DNA of 64,000 bases from Phallusia mammillata. Lineage: Eukaryota. A program made the position numbers and the translations under genes. The DNA lies in contig OZ281500.1 in NCBI GenBank assembly GCA_965637545.1, forward strand, positions 4,526,001 to 4,590,000, in the 5' to 3' direction. Of this stretch, positions 17,948 through 31,600 are shown piece by piece. Each line of letters opens with the position of its first letter. The first letter of the stretch is position 1. The notes under the pieces were generated by a model, which was not told where the DNA came from, searched no databases, and saw nothing but the letters and a program-made list of their open reading frames with translations.

Positions 17948-20450
17948 TCATGCAACACTGACAGATGTTAAATCTACAAATTCAATGCATTTGTTTCCAG
18001 CCAAGGCCAGTAGTGGAAGTTTGCTGTGCCAGCTTACACCAGATCCGACATTTTTTACTTCATGGTGCAAAATCTAGAACATAACATTGGTAGTTAGTTT
18101 TGTGTAAAATTATCAAAGTTGCTTGACTGATATGTTTGAAACCTCAGTTAATATGGACCTCAGTTAATATGGACCTGTTTGGACCCAAAAAAATGTTCAG
18201 ATTAGGCGAGAATCAGGATTAACCAAAGTCATTTAGTACAAGCCTTGCCACATTACAAGTCATTTGTACCCTGAGTTTTGTCCAAATTAGGCAAAAATCT
18301 GGATTAACCAAATCCGGTTTAACTGAGGTTTACTGTATATGACTGTGGGTAAAAATTGGCTACACATAAATTCTTAATTTCCTTTTTCGCAATATGTCAA
18401 TAAATTAAAATGTGTGAATAACTCTACCTCTCTGTGACCCAGGCGATGCACTTTGATTGTGTGCTTTGGTCGTCCTTGTGTAAGAAAAACATCTTCATGA
18501 TGTCGTGACCAGCGAAACTTAGTTGATCCACCAGAATGACATTGTTTGCTTTCCTCTGGTAATCTGGAAAAAAATGTTGGAAAACATTCATATTTAATAA
18601 ATTCTTTCGTTCAACTGGTGTAATGCTAAACAAAATACTAGTTGTTGTTGTGATACGTATCCCGCTGTTTTTGTGCATTTTTGCCTCTGTGCTCGCTGTA
18701 ATATCATTCACTGCTCTGAAGAACCCCTACCATTCTGGTGGGCAAAACGTCAGCTAAAATACAAGTTCTTGAAAACAACAACTAGTATTTTGTTTAGCAT
18801 TACACCAGTTGAACGAAAGAATTTATTAAATATGCTACCTGGTGAACGAAACGCCTGTTCAGTATTTAAACATTCATATTATAGGATTAATTTGCAATTC
18901 CAATTTGCCAACATGTTTTTTGGGAATAATTGGTTTGTGCAATAAAGCAGAGCATTTTCCAATTAGCAATTGGCTAGTTTATTTTTGAACTAAAACTGAT
19001 TAGATTTAGTGAATATGCAATAAAATGGAATTTACAATTTTTCAGATTAAAGTTAACTGTCATTGTCAAAGTTTTTTTTTTTCAATGCCCCAAAAGTAAT
19101 TTTTTTAGCATACAAATCCTCACCCATACTTTGACATGTCCCAAATCACCCATTCATTGCCCACACAGGCACCAACTTTTTGTGAGTTAACTGGACACCA
19201 GTCAGCAGATACCAGTATCCCTTGGTCACATTCCAGTGCTGTGATTGGTTGAACCTTAAAATCAACTTCCGTACTATCACAGCTGTAAAAGCGAATTGTC
19301 CCTGATAATTCAGCAACCATCAGTTTGTCTAAACATCAGAACATATAAAAGATGAGTCATACTGAAGTCAAAGGAAAAAGCACTTCACAAAGGAAAACTT
19401 GTTTGGTATGAGCTAAGGCCTTGTTTTGTGCTGTGTCATTATTTAACTTTTCGTTGTGTCATTGCTCAGCTTTAAATTGCCTATTCCACTCTGTTCAAAC
19501 TATTTTGGAGAAAGCCTTTCAAATGTAGTAAAATATTCCCCGAGACGATTATTGATGATTAAGATAATTCCGTGATCAAATACCACACTACATGGCAGTT
19601 AACTTTATCATACAAATTTACTGATTTCAGGGCTGTTGAAATTAGTGAGTGTACCTGAATCGACTGCATGCCAAGTCAAGTCCATTCCAGCATACTGCAA
19701 AGTCAATATTGTTATCACATCTCCTGTGACTGTGTCCCACAACCTACAGGTGTGGTCATCACTACACGAAGCAAGAATATCTACACTTGAGCCAGAGTTG
19801 AAGGAGACAGCATTCACACTTTTCTGATGTCCAGTAAGGGTCTAAAAATAAACCGTTGAAGGAAAAACAACAAGGATAGTCACAGGTCATTAACAGTATC
19901 ATTTTACACACAACAATTGCTACATAACCAAGTTTAAGGTCAATATAAGGTTGATATACTAAAGTTACATGTAAATAAACCAACTAAACACACAATTGTG
20001 TTAGTGTCTTCTTTGAAGTTAGTTGACAATATGCAGACTCTTCCATGATCAGTTCCAAAAGCAAGTTTTGCCAATCTTGGCAGATATTTCATGTTACTTG
20101 ATGCTGACCATGACAGGCATGAAATCCCTGCAAATTAATTTCTACATTTGGTTTATCATTTTAGATTTTTTGTGGCCTAAATAGACTTTGCATTAGTTTA
20201 AGAGTTTTTGCACCCTTGAATGAAGTAACTCACCATAATGTTGCATTGTAAAGGAATAAATATCAGATACTTTTGCCACGAAATTATGACGCTGGTCTAT
20301 TATCTCCATTGAAAACTCCACAGATTTTAAAGTAAGGTCATTTTCAGTTGCAAAAGCCAATAAGTTTGAAGCAGCATCATAAGGGCAAAACTCTATTGCT
20401 CGAATACCAGAGTTGGCAGAGATGTAAGTTTTCGTTACTTCAGAATTCAT
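17948..20450 (-). CDS. NUP37: Nucleoporin Nup37 (WD40)
   Basis: Spliced exons encode IRAIEFCPYD, GHQKSVNAVSF...ASCSDDHTCRLW, KLMVAELSGTIRFY, ADWCPVNSQKVGACVGNEWVIWD, FRWSRHHEDVF and SGVSWHSKLPL, colinear with NUP37 as I recall it. Confidence 0.9.
18589..18834. repeat. Perfect 61-bp inverted repeat with a 124-bp spacer in a NUP37 intron
   Basis: 18589-18649 is the exact reverse complement of 18774-18834. Confidence 0.9.
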
Positions 20451-21239
20451 ATCCTTTTGTTTTAAGTTATTGCCACTGTACAATTGAATGAGAGTTCAAA
20501 TCAAAAAGCTTTACTGAAAGGGTTACTAAATTATCGTAGAAACAGACAAAAATAAATAGGTACAATCCTATTTAGCAAGGATCGAAGGACCACCGCAATT
20601 AAATTTGTTTTGTTTGTGATCTAAGTTTTGCACGTCACGATTCTTGCTGCTACATTCTGGGGAAATAACCTAACCTGGAAAGGCGTTTTAAAGTTACAAC
20701 TTAAGATGTGACTTGTTGGACATTTTTAAAGAATAAATAACCTCTACCTGTTTACTGAAACATTTCCAACAGTTTATAACTTTATTTTCAACACAATTTT
20801 GGGTCATCCTCCATCGCCCCAAAATATGTGGATATATCAGAAATCAGACAAAGCTTTGCGCGAACAAGTGTGAAAAAAGTGACAAATTTAGGCGCGCAGT
20901 TTTATATTTTGTTTCTCAAGTTTACCGGTTGTGTAAGCTAAATAATGAAGTCCGTTTTGAAACGATTTTCAGTCTGTTGCAAGTACTATTTCGCTACACT
21001 GTTTGACGCTGACAATTTAAGGATTTTTGCAAGCGATGTTGATGCTCTATAGTGGTCATTCCTTGTTGATATTACAAAAGATAAGGTTTGTGGCATATAC
21101 TAACTTTTGTATCTTTATGTTTTTGCTAACTGTTGTGCACAGTCTTTCTGCTAATGTATAAATTGGTGAAAAATATAGGAAATTTGTGATTGCAATAGCC
21201 CTTGAATAGTTTTTTGAAGACTACAACAGCCTAAATTAA

Positions 21240-21935
21240 AGGCCCGTTTGCACTATGCTTAGCGGCGCCTAACCTTACCTTGCGACCCCTTCCGTTTACA
21301 CTGCGATTATCAGTGCGTACCTAAGCTTACTAAATAATATACAAGACGTATTTTTTAGCTCACAGCAAATGTAGATGACCATAAATCACCACATAAATTT
21401 ATTGTTATCCATTTTAGATCGAAAAAGCTTTGTATCAATCTAAATTAAATCATATTTTGTTAGTAAATATGATTTTGCATCTTGGTAATCATACAGGATT
21501 GTTCTGGATGTTGTTGTATAGATTGGTGACATTTTATCTCACTTTCATGTTTCTATAACATGTAGTCCGCTGTGCTAGGGTAAATGTACATTTTTAATGC
21601 AATTAATTACAATATTTAAACACAATAAAACACAACATGTAATCATAGCCATGTAATAAATACTTAAATTGAAGGCAAATAGCGTGTCATCATTTATTTT
21701 TGGCAATTGAACCAGCTTTTTCAAATCAGAAACCCATACACAGCGATAACACAAACCGTTTGCGCAGGTTCAAGCTGCTTGATACGCAGAAAAACGCTCG
21801 GCAGGCGATCGCTCGCTCATTTCTACGAGACTTGAGCGCCCGAAATCAATCAAGCGCGAAACCAGACAGAAAAAATGAAACAAACAAACTTACGCAGGTT
21901 TGAGCGAGCGCGATACGCATAGTGTAAACGGGCCT
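21240..21935. mobile_element. PIF/Harbinger-type MITE
   Basis: TIRs aggcccgtttgcactatgc / gcatagtgtaaacgggcct with a 3-bp TAA TSD on both sides. Confidence 0.85.
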
Positions 21936-22637
21936 TAAGTCTATATTGTCTGCATGTTAGTCTACATATGACAATCTACAAAAACGTAATGACAACTGGA
22001 GATGCAAAATGTGAAATTTGGGGTGTTTAGAGGTTTTGTTCAATAGTTACTTTGAATTCTGCTTGTGTTCATAGTAAATGGTTCTTGTATTGTTTAGGTT
22101 TGTACAGACACACAAAAAAGACTTCTGTCACTAAGGTTTATTGCACAAACAAAAAGTATTATTCACAAAAACAACAAAATAACAACAAACAAAAAATCAC
22201 AAGAACAGTTTTAATTGACACTGAATCTGTGCCCATTTGTGGATTTTTTAAATTAGAATCTACAAATTTCATCACAAGACAAATAATTATAATCATTTGT
22301 GTTGAGTCACATGTAGCTTGTAAATCACAAGATATGCTAAACCATTATTGAATGAAACATTCTGTAACTACATAAAGCCCAAATGTTTCTTTTTAAGAAC
22401 CATCTATTGTGGAATTTTCTTACAACCTAATTAATTTAAACCATGATAACATATTAAATGGTAAGTATGTGCAAGAATAAAAGTTTACACATTGTAAGTA
22501 AAGTATGTGCAAAGAGTTGGCCAAGTGCACAATGTCCTATCCAGCCAATACTACGGTCCCTTGCAATGTTCATCTTCACGGCATGATGCAACATCGATTA
22601 GGTACAATGACTCCTTGTTTTTACATCAAACTTTTCC

Positions 22638-25600
22638 TCAAGCTCCCAGCATTACACCACTCGCGTGATCGTGATTTCTGTGAAGGCAGGTTCTTTGCCT
22701 ACAGAGTCGTTTCTTCATTAAAGCCAGAACCTCATCGGTCCACAGAGAAACGCACCGACCGCGTTTTAGTTTAGCAAAGGAGCCTTCGCCTGCTACATAG
22801 TTTAGCACTGTATCGATGTCGCCTTGCTTGTCATCGTAGCCAACAGCCATGATCTAGTCACAAAGGAACACAGTCAATACATGTAACAATATTGCTCCCC
22901 GATTTAGATCAAGATTTTAATATATTTACTACTTGTCCATAAAAAATGGAGTGACTTTAAAATTGTGACGCTTTGTGTCTACTAGCGTTCAAAGAGCCGA
23001 TATTTTTTATCCAACCAAGGTACAATTTTGTGTGAATAACTGCGGTAGAAACATAAATTTTACCTCGTAAAACCAAGGTACAATTTTGTGTGAGTAACTG
23101 CGGTAGAAAAATAAATTTTACCTCGTAATTGCGGCTAAGACTATCTGCAGCCGCTTTGATACGGTCGTTGTTTTCGGAACCAATAGATTTTCTTGTGGTA
23201 AAAACGAGTACTGAGGCAAGTTGGTCTTCCGAACCACCAACTCTAGGTTCAAGGTTCTGGAAATAGTCTGGCACATTTTGTAGAGCCGAATGCATTGCCG
23301 AATCTAAACAGATGGAGGGATGTGTTGGAAGATGGTTTTGTGAGCTCAGTTTAAATCATACATATCAATAATTGCAGGACAAGAATTTTTTTGCAGTTGA
23401 GCAAAACCTATTTTTAAGTTTTTATATTTTGCATTTTATCATCCTGGCAAGGTAGGCTATCGTGCAACCAAAACGTTGGTTCTTGTGAGCAATAATTTGA
23501 GAATGACTCTTACCTCCTTTTACGTCCCGCAAGTTCATGCGACTCAGTTGTTCCACAAGCTTTTCGTGGTTGCTAGTAAAGTTAATGAAATGTGAGTGCT
23601 TCAGTTCATCGCTGAAGGGCAGCACAGCAATACGGAGGGACTCGTCGCCCAAAACCAAATTGCTGAAAATATAAATAAGGAATAATGCAACGTCACTAAC
23701 GCTTAGCATTGTTTACAAGCGATGTTGTTAACGTTACATGCAAATAAAAACTTGTGTTTGTTAACATAATATTTCAAAAGCCCAACTTAATTCATTTTGT
23801 ACCTTAGCAAATCGATAATGATGGAGATGTAACCATTCCAGTCTTTAATTTCCATCTCTTGCGAAGCTTCGATGAGTATCAACATATTTCCTGGCACCAT
23901 TGGAGGGCAAATTGCTGCATTAAATAAAGGTATGTTAATGATATGCCATGGTGCTTGTAAATTCCTTAAAAACAGCTCTATTGTCGGTTTATCGATATTT
24001 TGCTCCGAACAAATTCCCCGGTTGAATCTGATTACCTAAATAGTTTGACAACGCGTAAAAGACATTAGAATTGTACATAGGGCAGCTATTGTACGGGAAT
24101 CGGTAAGGTGAAATTTTGCTTTAGGCTATAAGTAAAAAATGCGCCCCAATCGCAGAAACAAGATTTACTTCGAATTAGATAAACACTGGTAAGACTTACG
24201 TTCACAACAGGCCGGATGAGAGTCGTAAGTTCCGTCCGGCATACACTTGTTCTTGCAGTAAGTTTCGGGTACAAGTTGGTAGTTGTCATCGCAAGCGAAA
24301 GAACACTCCGTCCCAATGTTAGTTTCGTCAGTGCAATTTACCGAACCATGCGCCAGGCTCTGGGGTGGACACGTTATCACTGAAAAACAAACAAAAGCGT
24401 AACAAAAGAATAAGTGTGGATTTATATGTCTAGTTTTTTGACTTTTAAAACCCAACTAGAATTATTTTTTTGCGATATAGCTGCGTGTATTTGCGTGTTA
24501 TATTGAAGATGCCCCTTACTTAGGAATAGCTAAAATATTTACTTATAAAACGGATGACGACTTTACGCTTTGTTATATTACAGTTTAAACCTAAGTTTTA
24601 CTATAATTAAAATATAATTTCGTTGTGGTTTTGTTTCTTCCACGTGATCAATCCTGTTATTGGTGGACTGTTTGTTTTGAGTATAAAAAAATATTAATTA
24701 TTTATTTAAATATACATGTCTTGATTTTTTTACTTACATTCACAACTTGGAATCTCATGGGTCCAGGTAACATATTCATCGGGGCCGTTTTGTTCAGTAA
24801 CACATTCGAGGCTTTCGTATCCAACCAGACGATAGTTTGTATCGCATACAAAGTTGCAGACCGTCCCGGCGTTGTGAGTAGCTGATGAGCATTCAGCAGT
24901 GCCATGTTGAAACGGTGCGACAGCATCACAGACCACTGAAAGATATGTCACAGTTAATAAAAAATGTTTATCAGCGAAAATTGAGAAAAACTTATAAATA
25001 TCACTAAAACACTGAAGGTTTCAAATAAAACAGCTTTCCACCAACGTGAATAAAAAACCGTCGGATAAAACTGACTCATAATCAGCAGCACTCACGTTCT
25101 TGTTTGCAAATTGGAAACTCATCACTCCACTGTGCATTTCCGTTTTGATCGACTTGGCAGCTGACGGACTTGGCTCCCTTTAGCAAATACCCTTCATAAT
25201 TGCATGCGAACTTACAGACTTCCTTCGGGCCCTTTCCATCGCAAATCACCATTCCGTGCAACAGACTAGCCACACGAGGGCGACATTGAGCTGTAAAGAG
25301 GTGAAAGATGTTACTTCAAGCCGGCAATACGCCCGAGAAAAGTTTCGTAGCTACAACACTAGCAAGAAAAACTGGCATTCTTTGTATTTGACACTAAAGA
25401 CTAATCCAGTCAAACATGTATTAGGTAACGCTTTATGTTACGGTAAATGACGGTTTGATTCAACATGATGCTTTAATCGCTTTTTGTGGCCTGGCACAAC
25501 GCGAGGGTGTGACAGCTTGCGTACCGGCGTAGGCTTGCCCTTAAATTTCACATCCTTGCGTGGGCGGCCACACCCGTTGGCACTGTCAGATGTGTCACCA

Positions 25601-28600
25601 CCGCAAATGGGTTGTACTTCCAGGTACCGAGGCCAAATGCTCCGGATGGCCGTAATTTTTGATTCATTTACTCCCTTTACGTCAGGGGTTCCCAACCTGT
25701 GGTACGCGTACCACTGGTGGTACGCGAAGGTTTTTTTGGTGGTACGCGAATAGCTTCCCTTTTTTATAAAAACCTGGATTCACAACTTTATCATTTATTT
25801 ATCTGTTTTTGTCGACCAATTGGTGGACAGTAAAAAAAATCAATTAGTTGTGGTGCTTTTAATTAGTGTTAGATTAGTAGGCCAATATTATTCTTCTGAA
25901 TAAAATATGATTCGATCAAATTAGTTGTTTTGCAAGAAGTGGTACGCGTGGCAGTAAAGAGCGTCCAAGTGGTCCGAGAAAAAGGTTGGGAACCCATGCT
26001 TTACGTGGTTAAATAGGTGTTTGGTTAAACTCAATTTCGTTTAAATTGGGAAACATTTTGGGTTGAATTGGCAAAAGGTCAGAAACGACTGAGTGCATGT
26101 ATATGTACACAAACTCAAACGTTGAGTCACAAACATCTTTTTCAAAAAAAATGTTTTGCAATATATTTACAATTTTAAAATCTCTATCTTTGCCAACTTA
26201 AGATACATGAACCTATTTATTTTCATTTAAAAGCCCGTATGACACACGGTTTTAAAGTCACTTACGCTGGCAGGTTGATTCCACTTCACTCCAGTACAAA
26301 CTTCCCTTCACACCTCTGCATGTGGTTTCCATAAGGCCGGTAGCGACTGTTCCTTCATTGCAGGTGTATGTACATTTTGTTACTCGTTCATAACTTCTAG
26401 CTTGTTCTTGGTTGCACTCCACTGTGCTGTTGTTAACTTTGGGTAGATTGCTTTGTGTGCACATTCCACTCAACGGGGCGTCTGTAAATTATTTGGATAT
26501 CAAATTGTATATTTTGAATAGTCTCTAATTTCTAGGTAAGTGTTTATTATTTTTATCCCTTTAGATTTTCGTTTTTCTGTCCTTTTAAGAGGTTGGAAAA
26601 TTTGAATTTGAGGTGTGTAAAGTACACATAAGTTTTTGTTTTATAAATAAACCCCTAAAAGCCACGCGGCAAGGATTGGTGACCGTTCTCAAGGAACTCT
26701 TGGAATATAACTCAAGATTTTCTCGAGGTAAAATTCGGTGCTGGGTTTCCGGTCAAAGTCTTTCTCGCCAAGGGTCACAAAACGTATGTAATGATTTCCG
26801 TTGCTCGTACTAAAGTCATCAACTCTTAAAAGTTGTCTGTGATTTTACGTCAGTTGGATGCACGTCGGGACGTCATATAGTTTTATTATGACGTATATTG
26901 GCGCACGATTGGACGTGTTAGCTGTGAGATGCACGTTTTGGGGAAAATGTGCCTTTTATGACCCAAACTCTGCAAACACGTCCTACTCTGCAAACACGCC
27001 CTAATCTGTGAAATCTAAGCAATTTTAACAGAATTTTTGTCAACAAAAATTTGACCTTTTTGACTTATGTGTTCGATTGTGATTTTGGACATCAAACTCT
27101 CACAGTTGTGTTGAATGTTGACAAGTTTTAAAAATCGTACCGTCAGGTCTCTCTGGATCAATCTCTATAGGTTTCTTGATACACGTGGGTTTCTCATCAC
27201 TCCAACTTGCTCCATTGGTTTCTTGTTTGCAAATCGTCATTCGAGATCCGGCCAGTTGGAAACCCTCGTTACAAATATATCTGCAATGCAAAAAAGTGTT
27301 TTAATGAAGAATAGGTGATAAACTACTCTTCCATGACATTAAAAATGGCTCAGAAATGTTTTTAACTTTAAACTGTAAAACATTTTTTTTGTAAAAACAC
27401 ATGACGACTTTTGACCGTTTTAACAAGCGTGTTGAAGTTGATTTTGTGTACTTTTACTATTTGATATGATTTCTAAAAACAGTTGCCACGTTTTTGTTGT
27501 CTGGCGCATGTCTGATGTTTAGTAAACGTGACTGCCCCTCCGCGCTGGGATGATTCGCAGAATTTTCCCAAGCCATCAATTCCTCCTTGAGGTAATCGAT
27601 ACCCATTGGGTGCCAACTAATACTCATTACATGAATTAGCTTGTGACGTAACTTTGTCATGCAATTGGCTACAGGTCATACAGAGACTAGTTGCGACATG
27701 TTTTGTAGAGACTGCATCGAGGCCTTTGCCACGACCCGCACGCCTCTTAACCTCGTCTGGGGTTCATGTCTGTTTGTGATGAACTTTTAGGTCATGCGCT
27801 CAATGACGTGAGATGGACATGGGGGCAGACGCGATTTGCATACTGGAAATCACAGTTAAGGGTAAAACTTTGTAATAGGTTGCGGCATTCTATGCGTGCT
27901 GCAAATAGCTGGACAATAAGATCATTAAACTAAGAATAAAAGTTTGTTTTTTCCTAACCATTACGCATTATAAACTATGTATATCGTTTATGTAAATATA
28001 GTCTTTACTTATAGGAGGCTGCCTTGGCTGTGTGTGGCAATATACTTTAAAGTTTAAACTGTATATACACTGACCTGCAAATACTTCCAACACTGTTGTT
28101 TTTCGTACACCAGAAAGTTCCATCCACTGGTGCTGTGATTGGTGGGTTGCACTGGACCTTGCGACATGAGGGGGTAGGGGAACTCCAGCGCTTGTTTTTC
28201 TCTGTAAGTTAATACGGATATTTGAAATAGCCTACACAAACTTTAATCGTGGTTACCAAACTTTAAGGTAAATGATGTATTTAAGACGTAAGATGAATAT
28301 CAATAATGATTATGTGCACAATATTTGCAACCCGTTAAACGAGTTGTGGTTCAAGAAAATGTTAATACGCGGTGATACTTAAAAATGAAAAAAATCGCAA
28401 TGGTTTGGAATCAGTAACGTGCGATGGCTCAATTAAACCTAAATTCCCACAACACCAATTTTGACCTGTAAACGTTAAACTAGCGGCTATTTGTTTAGCA
28501 TTGACACATCAAAGCGGCTTAATCGATCTTACAGGAGGATTTAGTCGTCAATTTTTTTCTCTCTACGCCCAACGCCGATGACTCGCATTATCATTGATAA

Positions 28601-31600
28601 ACTTTCAAGCTTCTCACGAATCAAATTCCAAAATTCAACGGGCCACATGCAAATTTTAAGCCTTCGTTGAGCCAAGGTCGAATTACGAATTTAGTCAATT
28701 GGCCACCGAGTCCACGGCAAGGTCGAGTTGTTAAACCGATTAAAGGTGACAGGCGGAAAAGGTCAACTGATTCAAAACAATGAATACTATGCACAAAACT
28801 CTTAATTATTGCGCCTTCAACACAAACGTGCGTGAAATAAATATTTTAGATGTTTTACTTTGATGTCCTGCCATCGATTTCGCACAAATAATTTGTTTTA
28901 AAGATTGCTATTGACATTTACACTAAAACTAGTTAATATCGGTAGTATTTAGGTCCACTAACTGGTAACAGTTTCTTTCTGGTGATTTCCTTACAGCCGA
29001 GCATATTACAATCAGAACTAAATTTGAAAAACAAATTAAAACCCATTGCTCGCTTTTTTAAAATCTAAATAAGTTGGCTCAAATTATTCTAATTTGTAAG
29101 TTCGCTTCCCTTTGCAAAAAGGCACGACGAAATTTTTCGCCGTTTACTGGCCCTAATTGTTTGACTGTGAGATTGCCAATACACAGTACCGATATGACTT
29201 TTTGTTTTACTTACCGCATCTTGAAGTGGGTGATCCAGATACCACATATCCACGGTCGCATTTGAACGTACATACACTTCCCTCAGCCGTGCCGCTTGTG
29301 CAACTGTATCTACCGTGTTTAGGCTCGTAATGAACGTACGAACAACCTGTACAGAAAACAGAAAAAATACCAAATTTATGTGGGTACTATGATATGCAGA
29401 GTAGATTGCAGCAAGTTTAATTAAATATTTAGTTTATGCAAAGTGTCATAGTTCTGCAAATTACGTGTAGTACTGCCATTGAGTGGCTACGTGGTTTTGA
29501 GATGAAGTATTTGATTTAATTTTACCTCCAAAACACTTGGACATTCCCGTATTGCATTTGTTTGTGGCACAACAACATCGACAAACGGAGTTGAGACGGT
29601 GATCGTTACATTGAGTTGGTTCCCATGCCAGCTCCGGGTTCTATAGCAATAAACAAACGGATTAACGAGTGTTATTAAAGAGTTCAAATGGTAACAGTAA
29701 CAAGCAGACTTCAAAATCCGTTAAATTTCTTCGTTGTATGTGTTGAAGTTTGACATTTGGTTTAACAGGAAAAAAGTGCAAATTGTCTAATCTGCAGTCT
29801 TTTGTCTAAAACGTTTTGGGCGCTTGTCAATATGTAAGGTTAATCTAACTGCGGAGAAAGGGCGTTAAATGCAAATAATGACGAATCACTGTTGTCTTAC
29901 CTTGCAGAAATGACTCGTAAAAATGCCACGGCCTTTGCCAAAATGCGAGGAATCAATTTACAATTTACAGTGAAAACAGGATTAAAACGAAATCGTGACA
30001 ACATCGAGCCATAAATTTTGTTCCTGCTCGTCGAGTGATTTATTTTGTGTTTATAATTCGCTTGTTTTAAGCCAGGCACGATGAGTGTTTTTGCCAAGTC
30101 CTACGCACACGCAAGCTTGAACGTTTTGAGCTGATGGTTACGTCTGCTTGCGTGTATAATCGCCTTATTGGTATGTTTTTATCTACGACAGCTGTAGCTG
30201 GTTATAACATTGTTTTCGTCACCTGGTCGTAATTTCGGTTGCAAGCTCGTCCAGACTTGCACGATTTTCTGATCACGGTTCTTCTATCATGGAGGGTTCC
30301 AAAAATTCTCGTCTCGGTCTGGCACGAGTCCTGCACAAAAACATAAACGTTAGATTTCGTTTTCCAAGAAAAACGTCTCCGAAAAGCACCTAAGTGTCAA
30401 AATTTTCTAATTTTACCAAATCGTCTGTATTGTCCTTCAGTGCCTTCAGGCCGAACAATGTGTACGCCGTTTTCTCAGAACACATGCCAGTTCACTAATG
30501 CTTTTGACTTTTTATGGACACATAAGTTGCAAACACAACAAATCCAGGAAAATTCTCCAGACCAACGAAAAAAAAAGTTTTGTTTGTCTCAGAGTCTCGT
30601 GATTTTAAACTTAATTTGCAATTTCTGTGGATCTGGTTTTCTCGGAACGGAAGCATTCAAAGTGTGATGTCTCGTAAATCAACTGTTAAAAAATGTTCCC
30701 ACCCACATTGAGGTAAAAACGCAGCTGCCGTTGCCACCAACGCGTGAATTTTGCGTGACAAACCTAAAAATGTTAAATATTTCTAGGAGCGGTTTTAGGA
30801 ATCATCGAGCCAAACCCTGCAGATTTTTAATGAAATTTGGCCACCCAGTATTGCAGACTTCGCAAAATACTAAAAAACGGGTATTTTGGCGTTACTGCAA
30901 GTCACGCCGTAGCAACCACAAATGTTAACTTCTAAGAGTTGGTACTTAAAGAAAGGCTTGACTTCGTATGTTGAAAGGTTGGTTTGTCAATATCCGTTAG
31001 GAAACAAGTTGGCTTAATGCATGGCGTACGGAACACTTTCAAAATCGCAATTAAATTAATAAAAATGTAGCCTAATGTTCGAAATCTGTATTCAAGGCCG
31101 AAAGATCCGTATATTACGAGACTGATTTTGTGTTGTTTGCCACACAGGAAAGCTTACATCCTAAACTACAAATTTAAACCCAAAGTTTGTGGTTTCACAC
31201 GAATCCCTTAACCACAAAAAGGCCATGCCCATCAATAAACCGACCGGTTTATCAAGAATCTAGCCTTCCCGCCCTAATTGCTTTATCCCATCATCGTCAA
31301 ACTCCGTAATTTCACCACCCAGCATCCTGCTTTGGGGCACGGTTATACCGGAAAGAGCTGCTACCTGTTAAAACGCCACAAGTTTTCTAATAGGTCGTCT
31401 TCATTGAGCTATGAGCTTCTGGTCAAGCCATAATCATGTCCTCGAATATTAAGTAGTGGTCGAGACTTGCACTGAAAATTGCTACGTTTGGTGTATGTTG
31501 CCAATGTATTGGACGTATGCAGTGTGTCCAAAAATTACTATGTCGAAAAACTCAGAGTTAACTTCAGGTGTCAAACTTTCGCGTTTGTCTGGGTTTTTTT

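Noticed and set aside
18130-18340. Tc1-like MITE remnant ending ctgaggtttactgta
   Set aside because: The left terminus is degenerate and there is no matching TSD, so boundaries are unsupported.
25438-25695. 85-aa ORF inside the CCP-vWA gene
   Set aside because: No suitable splice sites, it starts inside a MITE, and the flanking exons already join in phase.
27457-27850. GC-richer intronic stretch with a 67-aa ORF and an acceptor-like site
   Set aside because: All three frames stop soon after the acceptor, and the split CCP exons on either side join without it.
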